Counted from the first letter of the stretch, positions 11,167 through 21,445 are shown. The stretch: 64,000 nt of DNA from Gemmatimonadota bacterium (GCA_026706845.1 JAPOXY010000135.1:5266-69265), one strand, 5' to 3'. The notes: generated by a model not told the origin, from the sequence alone. Numbers and translations are program-made.

Positions 11167-11623
11167 TTCGGTTGGTAGCTTTCATGTAGTTCTCCCGGCC
11201 GGAGACGTGGAATTTCTGAGAATGAAGCAAGTGTGGCTCTACGGTGGCGATTGCAATCCAGTCGGTTCCTGCGTCGCCTTTTTTATATCCCATCGTGCGC
11301 AGTTGGGTTGTGCCAACGTAGTCGGCACGTTGAACGGCGCGGGTGATGTGCGATATGTCCTGTGCGCGATTGGCTTCGTCGGGTACTGTGCGGCCCACCT
11401 GACCGAGATAAGTGGTGACGGTAAAACCCCGTTCTTTGACACGGTCTGCGACACGGATGAACGTGTCGTCATTTATCTGATCGACCATTTCACCATAGGC
11501 CGCACGCAGTTCAATAAATTTGATGCCAAGTTCATCGAGCACATCCAAACCTTCATCCAGATCCCACGATGGACTGGGTTCGTCGTTAACACCGGCAATG
11601 CAGACTGTTGGCGTTGTGTTCAT
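11090..11623 (-). CDS. Xylose-isomerase-like TIM-barrel (sugar phosphate isomerase/epimerase) protein, apparently truncated. Its 3' end overlaps the convergent 9313..11166 gene by 77 bp.
   Basis: 'MNTTPTVCIAGVNDEPSPSWDLDEGLDVLDELGIKFIELR...' with an AAGAAGG Shine-Dalgarno before the ATG at 11623. Only ~177 aa, versus ~270 aa for the family, with an odd Arg/Pro-rich tail 'AVQSRRTKASPRSPA'. Confidence 0.4.
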   Translation of the reverse strand: MNTTPTVCIAGVNDEPSPSWDLDEGLDVLDELGIKFIELRAAYGEMVDQINDDTFIRVADRVKERGFTVTTYLGQVGRTVPDEANRAQDISHITRAVQRADYVGTTQLRTMGYKKGDAGTDWIAIATVEPHLLHSQKFHVSGRENYMKATNRIIHLLEEAGFAVQSRRTKASPRSPA

Positions 11624-11757
11624 AAAAACCTTCTTTGAGTGACTACTCCCACGGCTAAAGCCTGTGGGCTTCTTGGCGGTCAATCCGCCTGACGTTGTAG
11701 CCCCAACGTCAATATGTTTATCGCAGCAACGATAAGTCTCTTTTTCGTAAAATTTTT

Positions 11758-13392
11758 TTAGTGAATGCCAAACCAGAACAGATCACGTGGAGAAACAGGA
11801 TAATCCTGGCGGATAATCTGTTCCATCAGGCGATCTTTCATCTCCCGGCGTAAAGCGGCATGCTCCGGATCGTTGACAAGATTCTTCTGCTCGTCCGGAT
11901 CCGCCTCGAGGTCGAATAGCTGCTCGCCGTGTCTATCGGGATAAAACGTGTATCGGTATCTGGATGTGCGTACGGTGCGCGCCCAGGCTCCCAGAGTCCC
12001 TGGACCGAAGCATGGAAAAGATTCAACATACGCCTCATCCCGCCAATCGTCCGGCACCTCTCCACGGCAAAGCTCGACCAATGACCTTCCTGAAACTGCT
12101 GGCGCACTGTCGTCCAGGCGGCCACCAAAATGGCGAAAACGCAGGTGAGGCAGGGGCACGCCGGTCATGTTGAGAATAGTGGGACAGATGTCTTCCAGTT
12201 GCACGATTTCCTGGCATATGGCGTTCTTCTTCAGGCCGGGACCCACAATGATTAGTGGCACCCGAATACCGCCATCGTAGTGGCGCTCCTGTTTTTGCCA
12301 GAAGCCGTGATCACCGAGAAATTCACCGTGATCAGACACAAAAATGATGTACGTGTTGTCAAGACGCCCAGCGTCTTGCAAAGCCTTCCTGACCCGACCC
12401 AGTTGTTCGTCCAGGTGGGTAATGTCGGCGAAGTAGCAATGACGCTCATGGCTGAGATCCGGTATCAGGGGGGGCTGTCCATCCGAACCGGATGTAACAG
12501 CTATATCTTTCATCCAAGATGGTCGGTCGTCGCTCTCTCCGTGCAACACCCGCGCCATTTTCCGAAAATATTCGGGTGCGTCAGTATCGTTAAGCCAATC
12601 CGCGGGGACTGGAGCAGGGATTTTCTCCGGGTTGACGCGGTCCATGAATTCGCCTGGGGGACAAAACGGGCCGTGGGGTGCCACGTAGCTGATATGGGCA
12701 AAGAAAGACTGCTCCGAATGGGTGTCGCGGATGAAATTCAGCGCCCTTGCGGTTATCCACGATGACTGCGATACCTCCTCGGGAAACGGCAGCGTATAGG
12801 CCTTGGGAGAGTTCCTGGGCCACGTCTCGGTGGGGTGTGGATAACGCTCTTTAGCGGCGCGTATGGCCGGTCTCAGATCGACGCCGTCGGGACCGTATTC
12901 GGCGTAACCCGGAACAGCGGGCCAGGCCGTTGAAAGGGCCGCTTCATAATGTTCAGGATGCGCCTCTTTGACCCAGTCGAGCCACTCGCCAGCGCGGTCA
13001 TCCTCAGTGCCGTGTACGACATCGAAACCATAGGGGTGGTAGTTGTGTACGAGGCTTTCGTGATGCGGCCTGAGGTGCAGCTTTCCGAAAGCGCCAGTCC
13101 GCCACCCTTCCTTTTGCAGCGCTTGCATAAAGGTCGGAATGGCGGGATTGAGCGCGTACCCGTTCATGATCAAACCATGCGCTCTCGAACAAAGCCCGGT
13201 GGCAATCGTTGCACGGGTAGGTGAGCATACCGGATTGCTGGAGAATGTCCGGGTAAAGGACGTGCCGTTTTCACGCAGCCAGTCCAGGTTCGGCAAGGCA
13301 CAGATTCCTTTGTCCCGAGCCACTTCGAGCCACCTGGCCGACAACTGGTCAACCATAAAAAGGATAACGTTGGGTTTGTTTTGTGACTGCAT
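11758..13392 (-). CDS. Formylglycine-dependent sulfatase (S1 family), no signal peptide.
   Basis: 'PNVILFMVDQLSARW' metal site and 'CSPTRATIATG' (C-x-P-x-R formylglycine motif). Paralog of 21446..23017. Confidence 0.9.
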   Translation of the reverse strand: MQSQNKPNVILFMVDQLSARWLEVARDKGICALPNLDWLRENGTSFTRTFSSNPVCSPTRATIATGLCSRAHGLIMNGYALNPAIPTFMQALQKEGWRTGAFGKLHLRPHHESLVHNYHPYGFDVVHGTEDDRAGEWLDWVKEAHPEHYEAALSTAWPAVPGYAEYGPDGVDLRPAIRAAKERYPHPTETWPRNSPKAYTLPFPEEVSQSSWITARALNFIRDTHSEQSFFAHISYVAPHGPFCPPGEFMDRVNPEKIPAPVPADWLNDTDAPEYFRKMARVLHGESDDRPSWMKDIAVTSGSDGQPPLIPDLSHERHCYFADITHLDEQLGRVRKALQDAGRLDNTYIIFVSDHGEFLGDHGFWQKQERHYDGGIRVPLIIVGPGLKKNAICQEIVQLEDICPTILNMTGVPLPHLRFRHFGGRLDDSAPAVSGRSLVELCRGEVPDDWRDEAYVESFPCFGPGTLGAWARTVRTSRYRYTFYPDRHGEQLFDLEADPDEQKNLVNDPEHAALRREMKDRLMEQIIRQDYPVSPRDLFWFGIH

Positions 13393-13423
13393 AATGACCG
13401 TCCTGATGCGCTGTTTGAGCTTT

Positions 13424-14578
13424 TTAGTCGATAATCTTTGTTCCTACAGTCATTTTATTTATTGCATCCCAATTCCACTCTACGCCCATCCCGGGTCCAT
13501 CTGGTACATCTACATTACCATCTGCATCCACTGCTTCAAGACCATCCTCATATCCTTCGAGAAAAATGTCAGAAGTCAGTTGCAAACATTCTGTATCGGG
13601 ATGGACCCAAACCATTTCATAATAATTCGAATTGCCTATGGCAGACATCACATGTCTTTGCGCTGGGCCAACGCCGTGAATTTCAATATCTGCGCCTACC
13701 GTTTCAGCCGCTGACGCCAGTTTCTTCGTTCCCGTGATTCCATCTCCATTTACATTGCCCCTGATAAAATCTGTCGATCCGGACAACAGCATATTCATCT
13801 TTCCAGAGATACCCGTAACTTTTTCCCCTTGAAGAAGTGGTGTATCGAGAAACTCTTTTAGTCTCTGGTGTCCGTTCTCAGTCGTGCCGTCCCCAACAAA
13901 ATAAGGATCCTCTATCCAATAAAAACCGGCTTCATCGCAGGCCCTTCCAACCTTTAAAGCATCCGCAAATGTTGAATAATAGTTAAATGCATCCAGCATT
14001 AAATCCATCTTTCCTCCGACTCTATCGGCCACAGCGTGTATCAAGTTTATATGGTCTTGAATATCAGGTCTGGGGAATGGATGGATCTTAAATCCTTTAT
14101 AACCGATTTCTAAGCATTGTTCAGCAAAATCAGCGTACGATTCTGGCGTGGATAAGCCCCCTTTTAATCCTTCTTCTCCTCCGTTCATCGTACTGGCATA
14201 AGCGGGCAATTTTTTTCTATATCCTCCCAATAACTCAGATACGGAGAGGTCCGTCATTTTTCCAAGGATATCCCATAATATGATGTCAACAGATGCGTGC
14301 AACCCACCCAGATGAAACGTATTGAAATCTTGCCATATTTCTTCCCTTGCAAGCGGATTTCGTCCCAATAAGTCGTGAGCAATGCGAGAAATATCATGGC
14401 TAATCGGATAGGTTCCGACGACTCCACAATCAGTATAAATACTGGTCATGTGTTTACCCATTGAAAGATTCACGCCCGGGTTATAGGTCATCCACGAAGA
14501 ATATGTGCCAGGTCCACAATCTTTGATTTGCCACTGAATCCTTTTTATTTCAATCTTCTTTATTTTAGGCGATTTCAT
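13424..14578 (-). CDS. Enolase-superfamily (mandelate racemase/muconate lactonizing enzyme) sugar-acid dehydratase-like protein.
   Basis: 'KIHPFPRPD', 'MLDAFNYY' and 'FYWIEDP' metal-ligand blocks typical of MR/MLE acid-sugar dehydratases. AGGAGA Shine-Dalgarno before the internal ATG at 14578. The track ORF extends further, to 14638. Lower GC than its neighbours. Confidence 0.8.
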   Translation of the reverse strand: MKSPKIKKIEIKRIQWQIKDCGPGTYSSWMTYNPGVNLSMGKHMTSIYTDCGVVGTYPISHDISRIAHDLLGRNPLAREEIWQDFNTFHLGGLHASVDIILWDILGKMTDLSVSELLGGYRKKLPAYASTMNGGEEGLKGGLSTPESYADFAEQCLEIGYKGFKIHPFPRPDIQDHINLIHAVADRVGGKMDLMLDAFNYYSTFADALKVGRACDEAGFYWIEDPYFVGDGTTENGHQRLKEFLDTPLLQGEKVTGISGKMNMLLSGSTDFIRGNVNGDGITGTKKLASAAETVGADIEIHGVGPAQRHVMSAIGNSNYYEMVWVHPDTECLQLTSDIFLEGYEDGLEAVDADGNVDVPDGPGMGVEWNWDAINKMTVGTKIID

Positions 14579-14717
14579 TTCTATCTCCTGGTCTGAAACC
14601 ATCGCAGGAAAGACAGTTAGCTTTAGCAGGTTTTTCAATCAACCTGCATAGGTAACGGTTAAACGTTGACAAATAACCTTATACTGAGTATGGACTTGAC
14701 CCGTTTTGGTGAGTATC

Positions 14718-15656
14718 TTATGCTGATTTTCCGGGCGGGCAGATCGCGTCTATTTTTTTCAGAGTAGCTTGATCGAGTTCGCCGTCGGCAGCGGCAGCGT
14801 TCTGTTTTGCCTGCTCGGGTGTCTTCATTCCGGGAATGGGACAGGTGACGGCAGGATTGGCGAGGGTGAACTTGAGCGCGAGATCAACCATGTTCAGGCC
14901 TTCGGGTACTAACTCGCGCAGTGCCGCAACCTTGTCGAGTTTGGCGAGGAAATCATCGCGTTGACTTCCCCCTGGATTCCAGTGATCTCGAACCATGTCT
15001 TCAAACCTTGTATCTGCCGTGAATTTATCCGCCAAAAGACCCTGAGCGATTGGCCCTCGCAATAACACCCCGATATTGTTGTCCAGGCAGTAGGGGAGGA
15101 TGTCATTCTCAGGTCGCCGGTTAAGGAGCGAGTAGTTGATCTGACACGATGCACATGCGTCTCCTGAGTTGAGCGCTTTGAGCGAATCCAGGTCGTTGGT
15201 AGATATCGCGTAGTGACGGATCTTTCCCTCTTTCTTGAGCAACTCAAAGGCTTCGACAAAGATCTCGGGATGTTCTGGGGTTCCGATGTGACACTGATAC
15301 AGGTCGATATAGTCTGTATTGAGCCGGTAAAGGCTTGCGTGACAACAATTGATTATGCTGTATATCGTCTTGTACCCGAGGGGGTCTCCTTGACGGCGTC
15401 CCCAGTTGCCAACCTTTGTCGCGATATAGACCTCAGATCGCTTGCTTTTCAGCGCTTTGCCTGTATAGATTTCACTCTGACCACAACCGTAGCCATCAGC
15501 GGTATCAAACAAATTAACGCCCGCGTCGAGGGCAGCGTTGATGGTGTCGAGGGCCTGCTTTTCTTCAACCGGACCCCACTGTCCGCCGATGCCCCAGCAT
15601 CCCATGGAGACAGCGCTTACATTCCACCCAGTTTTCCCAAGCGTTCTATACTGCAT
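14718..15656 (-). CDS. Aldo/keto reductase.
   Basis: 'YRTLGKTGWNVSAVSMGCWGIGGQWG...LDTINAALDAGVNLFDTADGYG' is the canonical AKR N-terminus. Confidence 0.85.
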   Translation of the reverse strand: MQYRTLGKTGWNVSAVSMGCWGIGGQWGPVEEKQALDTINAALDAGVNLFDTADGYGCGQSEIYTGKALKSKRSEVYIATKVGNWGRRQGDPLGYKTIYSIINCCHASLYRLNTDYIDLYQCHIGTPEHPEIFVEAFELLKKEGKIRHYAISTNDLDSLKALNSGDACASCQINYSLLNRRPENDILPYCLDNNIGVLLRGPIAQGLLADKFTADTRFEDMVRDHWNPGGSQRDDFLAKLDKVAALRELVPEGLNMVDLALKFTLANPAVTCPIPGMKTPEQAKQNAAAADGELDQATLKKIDAICPPGKSA

Positions 15657-15669
15657 GATATTCCTCCGT

Positions 15670-16518
15670 TTATGATTTTTCCCGACGAGGCGTCACGCGC
15701 CAGTCGGTTCGCAGTTTGGCAACGCGGTCGGCTGGCGGCTGCAGGAAGCGCTTGACTCTTTCACTGGCTTTCGCTTGCAGCTCAGGCCCGGCGAGTTCCC
15801 AGGCATTGTAGAACAGCCGGTCGCTGTTTGGTACGATGCGGATGTTCAGGGTGCGCCGGGGCTTGTGAGTCTGATTTACGCCCGCGCAATGCAGTCCCCC
15901 CGCGTTTACAATCAGTAGATCACCCGGATCGCCGGTTGCCTGGATCTTGTTGCTGTCTGAATCCGGCTCGGGATCCATCATTTCGGGTTCGTCGGCTTTG
16001 AAACAATGTGTGCGCGGAACCAACCGGGTGCCGCCGTTTTCCGCTGAATAGCCGTCGAGCATAAAGAAGAACCATAGGCCGTTGTGCTTGCCTTTGTTCG
16101 TGAGACCGGGCCTGAAGTCGCGATGGAAGCGCCCCTGCCGCGCTTCCGGATGATAGCGTACGGTGTTGGCAACGAGATCTAAAAAATGGTAGGTGCCCAG
16201 AGCGCGTTCGCAGATCCCGTGAACGGTGTCGTGGTCGAGCAAATCCATGGCCGCTTTACCCCACATGAAACAGGCGCGGGCGTTCGGATTGATTGTGAAG
16301 TTGCGTTTTCCATTTCCATCAAGAATGCGCACTTCAGGCAACTTCATCCCTCCTCGCCACTCGGCGATGTAATCATCCGCAGCACGCTGGGCGATATCCC
16401 GAAGAGGGTCAAGATACTCGGGTGCGATTTGTTCCCGCAGGATGACATAACCGTTTTCTTGCAGATCAGCTACGTGTGCGTCCAATTCCCCGTCGCTCAT
16501 TGGATGGACTGGTTGCAT
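15670..16518 (-). CDS. PhyH-family Fe(II)/2OG dioxygenase (paralog 2).
   Basis: 'LQENGYVILREQI', 'RFHRDFRPG' (H-x-D), 'GGLHCAGVN' (distal His). The stop is 13 bp from the AKR start. Confidence 0.8.
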   Translation of the reverse strand: MQPVHPMSDGELDAHVADLQENGYVILREQIAPEYLDPLRDIAQRAADDYIAEWRGGMKLPEVRILDGNGKRNFTINPNARACFMWGKAAMDLLDHDTVHGICERALGTYHFLDLVANTVRYHPEARQGRFHRDFRPGLTNKGKHNGLWFFFMLDGYSAENGGTRLVPRTHCFKADEPEMMDPEPDSDSNKIQATGDPGDLLIVNAGGLHCAGVNQTHKPRRTLNIRIVPNSDRLFYNAWELAGPELQAKASERVKRFLQPPADRVAKLRTDWRVTPRREKS

Positions 16519-16557
16519 AGGTTGATCTCCTTATTGTTCGTCCACAATGTTTGTCCT

Positions 16558-19104
16558 TCAGTCTTTTTTTAACTCGGGAATATTGTTCGGCATAAAAGAT
16601 ATCTCTCGCATACCTTCGTCGCCCAAAAACTGAATTGTAACACCACCTATAGATAGCATGTGCTGCAAATCCTCAATATTTCTCACCTTCTCATTGTCCA
16701 CAGACAAAATCACAGTATCGCCCAATAACCCTACCTGAGCAGCTTCTGACTCTGCTGGAACATCAATTACCAAAACACCATCATTGTGCTCTAATTCCAC
16801 AGCCCCAATCACCGCAGATTCCCTACCATAATTTACCAGACTACGCAAGGTCGCCCCCATCCAGTCATACAGATCAGCATTGACATAGGTGCCCCAAAAC
16901 TCAGCGTTTTTATCAAACGCTTGCCCCAGACCAGACCAGATGCGCACGTCAGATTTGAACCTCGAATCTTGCACACCAAATTGATCCATAGGGAAATTTT
17001 CAAATCCGACCTCAGATCCAAATTTCGCCCGATAATCTCCAGATGATGGATTGTAAAAACCTGGATCACATGTTTTCGAATGCACGTCCAGACCCAACGC
17101 CCTGTGATCTTCCGGAGGCTCATAAACCGCAAACAGATTTTCATCCACCAAATTATCTTCTCCCCGGCAACCCGCCATTCCCATTCCGCGCGGTGAATAA
17201 GCTTCTCGACGAACAAGAATATTTCGCCGAACCACATCGCCGCTATTGGGATACCAAACGTGTGGGCTGAATAAGGTAGAAATATTGTTCTCTACAGTTC
17301 GAAAAAAGCCTTCACGCAACTTGATACCACCTTGCAAGCACAAATTGCCATAAATGTGATAATGCCCAGACCCATCGTCTAAATCAATATCGTATCCATG
17401 CGCACATTGAATCCGATTGTGGCGCAAAACAATTGGATCGACACAATCCAGCTTCGCCATCGTGCGCATGCGGGCGAATTCTTCAGGTGTTGCCTCGCCC
17501 TTTAGCTTCATCCAGTACCGATCCCGTCCCCACGAATTATAAGCTCCGTGTTCTCGCGTGGCCATTGACGTATCAAAAATATCGTTCCATTCAATCACAT
17601 GTCCACCCCAACATCCATCGTTCACATTGATCGCAGCACGCGGCACATCGTAAATACTATTATGACTGACTGTAATCTCTTTGGCCTTAGAAATGAACAC
17701 ACCTGCAATCTGTTTCTCTACACTGCCCAACTGCGTCATCAAATTGTCGTGAATCACACACCGGGCCGGATAATTATTGTTCTGAGGCCCTGCTTCTAAA
17801 TCGACCAACTCATGTCCTTCATCCAGCATTTCAGACGGCAACTTTGCCATACTCTCATTCTCAAATGGCCTGCCATTTACCATCGGTGTTTCACCCCGCA
17901 TACCTTCAGGCCACCCCCACCAATGTGCCCATCGCGACCTCACGGCAGAATTATTTCCCTCAAGTAAAACAGCACTCGCACCCGTCTTTACAAACCGACA
18001 CCCGCTCACAGTGACGTCCCGACTATAATCTTGAATAAAAACCCCATTCCCACCTATGCGCTCAAACGAGCAATTTTGAACGGTGCACAATTCAGCGCCT
18101 TCAAAAACAACAGCGCCTCCCCGATACACCTTCCAATCGCCACCACTTGGTATGACATCCGTTTCCATAAACGTGTAAGACGTATGGGTCAGTGTCAGCC
18201 CATCCAGAGTGATATAACAAACGGGGTTGTCCTCCGACCCTCGAAACTCAAACAAATGCCTCAGCACCACGACTTCCACTGTTGCATCGTCAAGAGTCTG
18301 TCCTTCTTCAGGCTTGAAATACAGTGTATGAGTTTCTCGATCTAAAAACCATTCTTTAGGCGCGTCCAATTCTTCAAACACGTTTTCAATAAACATCCGC
18401 CCTTCAGCCAACACATCATACGGATTGGTTCTTCGCCCACTGTTTTGCCACCCACCTTCTACCTTCCGATCCTTCTCGTACTCAAAGGTGTAAACCCCAT
18501 CTGGATCTTTTTCCAAAATACGAAAGTGCAATGTACCCCACCCCAGCGACATCATCCCGTGTACAAAAGCACCCACCGGATTGGCATATCCTTTTAAGCG
18601 CGCCGAATCAATGGCATCTTGAGAGGTCTCTGGCGAAACCCATCGAATGCTGCCATCAAAAAACCCATCTCGCGGATCAGCATTTGGATGGCGACAGCGA
18701 ACCATCTTTTCACCATTGATAAAAAGCTGATCAAAATCCAAGCCCTCAGGCACCTTAGCCTTCACCAGCCCATCTCCGGCGTCTTCCCAAATCAAGTCCA
18801 CAGACTCTGCTCCACTAACAACAACCTCTTCGTCCTCATAAGCCCGATAAACAATGGGCGCATCTTTCGTCCCAGAATCTTCTGCACCAAAAATGAGCGT
18901 CTCGTTCAAATAGTAAGTTCCCTGTCTCAAACACACTGTTATCGGCCCGTTTTGTTTGCATGCACGAACAACCTCTTGCGCCCGTTTTAGCGTAGCAAGA
19001 GGTTGTTCTTCGGTGCCAGAATTTCTATCGTCACCTTTAGATGAAACAAAAAGCGTCTGCCCCATAAAATCACTCCTTATCATAACCTGTTTTTCGATCT
19101 CCAT
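16558..19104 (-). CDS. Right-handed parallel beta-helix (pectin-lyase-fold) protein with a C-terminal PDZ-like segment. Candidate polysaccharide lyase/hydrolase. No signal peptide.
   Basis: 'TLFVSSKGDDRNSGTEEQPLATLKRAQEVVRA' is the typical beta-helix (DUF1565-like) N-terminus. Repeated 'N..I..N' rungs such as 'ITVSHNSIYDVPRAAINVNDG'. C-terminal 'GLLGDTVILSVDNEKVRNIEDLQ'. AAGGAAG Shine-Dalgarno before the ATG at 19104. Confidence 0.65.
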   Translation of the reverse strand: MEIEKQVMIRSDFMGQTLFVSSKGDDRNSGTEEQPLATLKRAQEVVRACKQNGPITVCLRQGTYYLNETLIFGAEDSGTKDAPIVYRAYEDEEVVVSGAESVDLIWEDAGDGLVKAKVPEGLDFDQLFINGEKMVRCRHPNADPRDGFFDGSIRWVSPETSQDAIDSARLKGYANPVGAFVHGMMSLGWGTLHFRILEKDPDGVYTFEYEKDRKVEGGWQNSGRRTNPYDVLAEGRMFIENVFEELDAPKEWFLDRETHTLYFKPEEGQTLDDATVEVVVLRHLFEFRGSEDNPVCYITLDGLTLTHTSYTFMETDVIPSGGDWKVYRGGAVVFEGAELCTVQNCSFERIGGNGVFIQDYSRDVTVSGCRFVKTGASAVLLEGNNSAVRSRWAHWWGWPEGMRGETPMVNGRPFENESMAKLPSEMLDEGHELVDLEAGPQNNNYPARCVIHDNLMTQLGSVEKQIAGVFISKAKEITVSHNSIYDVPRAAINVNDGCWGGHVIEWNDIFDTSMATREHGAYNSWGRDRYWMKLKGEATPEEFARMRTMAKLDCVDPIVLRHNRIQCAHGYDIDLDDGSGHYHIYGNLCLQGGIKLREGFFRTVENNISTLFSPHVWYPNSGDVVRRNILVRREAYSPRGMGMAGCRGEDNLVDENLFAVYEPPEDHRALGLDVHSKTCDPGFYNPSSGDYRAKFGSEVGFENFPMDQFGVQDSRFKSDVRIWSGLGQAFDKNAEFWGTYVNADLYDWMGATLRSLVNYGRESAVIGAVELEHNDGVLVIDVPAESEAAQVGLLGDTVILSVDNEKVRNIEDLQHMLSIGGVTIQFLGDEGMREISFMPNNIPELKKD

Positions 19105-19235
19105 CGACTTCCTTAGACCAGGTCGCGTACAGTTCCCAGGCATTAATGCTTTTCATCTCTTATCCTGTCTCTGTGGATGTGTAAAAGGGCTGATCACGAT
19201 ATTCGGGTAGGAACCGCTGTTGTTATCACCCATCA

Positions 19236-20543
19236 TCACGATCCTTTCGCCCGTTGAAACCAGTCAATGAGTTGGCTTTTAAGATCGTTATAAATCTCAG
19301 GATATTGACTGGCCAAATCATTGGCTTCGCCAATATCCTGATCGAGCTTGTACAATTCAAATTGCAATTCTTCAATAGCCGGAATAGCCTCGGCAAATTG
19401 CCCGCGATGATTAGGGCCTGTACCAACCAGTTTCCAATCGTCTTTTACCGCTCCCATTTTCCCAAACAAATCCCAAAACACATACCGTCCTGGCAAATCT
19501 TCTTGCCCATGTGATCTCAAATGCGCAAGCAAACTCACTCCATGAACTGGATGCTGTCCATTCATTTTGGGAATCTCAATGCCAGCCGCATCCAGCACAG
19601 TGGCAAACAAATCAAAATGCACAGCACCTGCATCAGATACCATCCCTTTGGGAATAACACCCGGCCACTGCATCACCGCAGGCACGCGGATTCCACCCTC
19701 ATATGTCATTCCTTTTTGCCCGCGTAAAGGGCCATTATTGCCCGGAAATTTATCAATCATTGCACCATTATCGCTCAAGTAGATGACAAGTGTGTTATCT
19801 ACGATAGCCAACTCATGCAATGTCGCCATGATTTTACCCACACCATCATCCATATGATCCAGCACCGCACAATAGTCGCGCTTGGGGAACTCAATACCGC
19901 GATCTTCATACTTTTTTAACCACTCGGCTTTGCCCGATGTTTTGGGTGCCTGTTCTCGCCACAAGGGACCATGCACAGCATTGTAAGGCACATAACAAAA
20001 AAACGGCTTATCACGATGTTTCCGAATAAAGTCAATCGCATAACCAGTAAACACATCCGTCAAATGATCTTCATGCACCATGGGCTGGTCATTGTGCAAA
20101 AGGCGACTACCATCAAAAGGCCAATAGGGGTGTGCACCACCCAAAAATCCGACAAATTCTTCAAAACCGCGTTCATTGGGCACATTGGGTGCATCATATC
20201 CCAAATGCCACTTGCCAAACATGCCAGTTTTATATCCTGCTTCCTTCAAAAACTCGGGCAAAAGTTTTACATCATCATGAATGCGCCTTGGCAACGTATC
20301 TGTTTTCTGCCCCGGCAGTGATGGGCCACGCCACATGCCGCATCCCAAAGAATACTGCCCAGAAAAAAGAGATGCACGCGTTGGCGCACAAAGTGGATTG
20401 ACCCTCAACTGTGTAAAACGCACCCCATTTTTTGCAATCGCATCCATCGTTGGTGTATCGACCTCTGTATCCCAATAACAACCCGCATCTCCATACCCCT
20501 GATCGTCTGTAACAATGATGAGAAAATTTGGTTTTGTGGCCAT
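19236..20543 (-). CDS. Formylglycine-dependent sulfatase, no signal peptide.
   Basis: 'MATKPNFLIIVTDDQGYGD', 'CAPTRASLFSG'. AAGGAA Shine-Dalgarno. The PhyH stop (20549..20551) lies 5 nt upstream of this start. Confidence 0.9.
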   Translation of the reverse strand: MATKPNFLIIVTDDQGYGDAGCYWDTEVDTPTMDAIAKNGVRFTQLRVNPLCAPTRASLFSGQYSLGCGMWRGPSLPGQKTDTLPRRIHDDVKLLPEFLKEAGYKTGMFGKWHLGYDAPNVPNERGFEEFVGFLGGAHPYWPFDGSRLLHNDQPMVHEDHLTDVFTGYAIDFIRKHRDKPFFCYVPYNAVHGPLWREQAPKTSGKAEWLKKYEDRGIEFPKRDYCAVLDHMDDGVGKIMATLHELAIVDNTLVIYLSDNGAMIDKFPGNNGPLRGQKGMTYEGGIRVPAVMQWPGVIPKGMVSDAGAVHFDLFATVLDAAGIEIPKMNGQHPVHGVSLLAHLRSHGQEDLPGRYVFWDLFGKMGAVKDDWKLVGTGPNHRGQFAEAIPAIEELQFELYKLDQDIGEANDLASQYPEIYNDLKSQLIDWFQRAKGS

Positions 20544-20550
20544 AATGATC
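20497..20550. repeat. 54-nt segment spanning the start codon of sulfatase 19236..20543. It is 53/54 identical to 27220..27273, the 5' end of sulfatase 25881..27266.
   Basis: ccctgatcgtctgtaacaatgatgagaaaatttggttttgtg[g/c]ccataatgatc is present at both loci. The proteins diverge immediately after the encoded 'TKPNFLIIVTDDQGYGD'. Confidence 0.7.
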
Positions 20551-21391
20551 ATTCCTTGAGCGCGGCAATATCCTCAGCGATCCACTCTTCCCATCTTTTT
20601 TCGTCGGGTTGCATAAATCCACTGTTGGCTCGCCGAAATACATTTGCATCTTCGCCCAGGAGGCGCAGTAGTCGACGATTGCCAGTCTCTCGTGCTCGCG
20701 CTTTGACTGCTTGAGAAATTGGTCCTGAATAATTGGCTCTGTGTTTAAGCCAGGAGTGATTCATCGTTAAAAAGAAGAGATACCGATAGTCCTTTGAATA
20801 ATTGGCTGTTCCCGAGTGCACTATCGCATTGTGGAATACGGCTATATCTCCAGATTTGGGATAAAGGATGACTTCGTCAGGATGGGGTTGCTTTCTTTCT
20901 TCGGCCGTTAAAGACATGGCTTTCATGTGTGAGCCTGGAATAATACGCAGGGGACCATTTTCATCTGTGAGATCCTGTAAATAGCTCAGGGCATTGAAGA
21001 GTAAGGGCCTTTGGTAAACGCCTTCTTGAGGAAACTCGGCGAACATGTCCCGGTGAAAACCCAGTACCGGGTTTGTGTTTGGGTCCTGTGGTGCCGTGCG
21101 CCGGTATGTGATGGATTCGAGTTGGACATGCGGGCCCACGATCATTTCAGCAAAGTCCAGGAGGCGCTTATTTGACAAGGCAGAGAGAATGAGATCGGGT
21201 TTGTGTTCTAACACATCGACAAAGACCTGGGGTCGGCTGCCATCGGGATTGGGGAGGCGATCACCGATTTCTTCAAATGAATCTCGCATGGCTTTGACCC
21301 AGACATCGTCCAGCATCTTTGGGAAAAGTGTAAATCCAACTGTTTTGAATTCTTCCAGGTGTTCTTCGAGAGATTTGGGATCTTTTTGCAT
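20549..21391 (-). CDS. PhyH-family Fe(II)/2OG dioxygenase (paralog 3), tightly coupled to the downstream sulfatase.
   Basis: 'FKTVGFTLFPKML', 'GFHRDMFAE' (H-x-D), 'AIVHSGTAN'. Confidence 0.8.
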   Translation of the reverse strand: MQKDPKSLEEHLEEFKTVGFTLFPKMLDDVWVKAMRDSFEEIGDRLPNPDGSRPQVFVDVLEHKPDLILSALSNKRLLDFAEMIVGPHVQLESITYRRTAPQDPNTNPVLGFHRDMFAEFPQEGVYQRPLLFNALSYLQDLTDENGPLRIIPGSHMKAMSLTAEERKQPHPDEVILYPKSGDIAVFHNAIVHSGTANYSKDYRYLFFLTMNHSWLKHRANYSGPISQAVKARARETGNRRLLRLLGEDANVFRRANSGFMQPDEKRWEEWIAEDIAALKE

Positions 21392-21445
21392 TTCAGCCTC
21401 CTGGTGTTTCAGTTTTCAATGGGTTTGTTGCGCGAATCTGTACTT

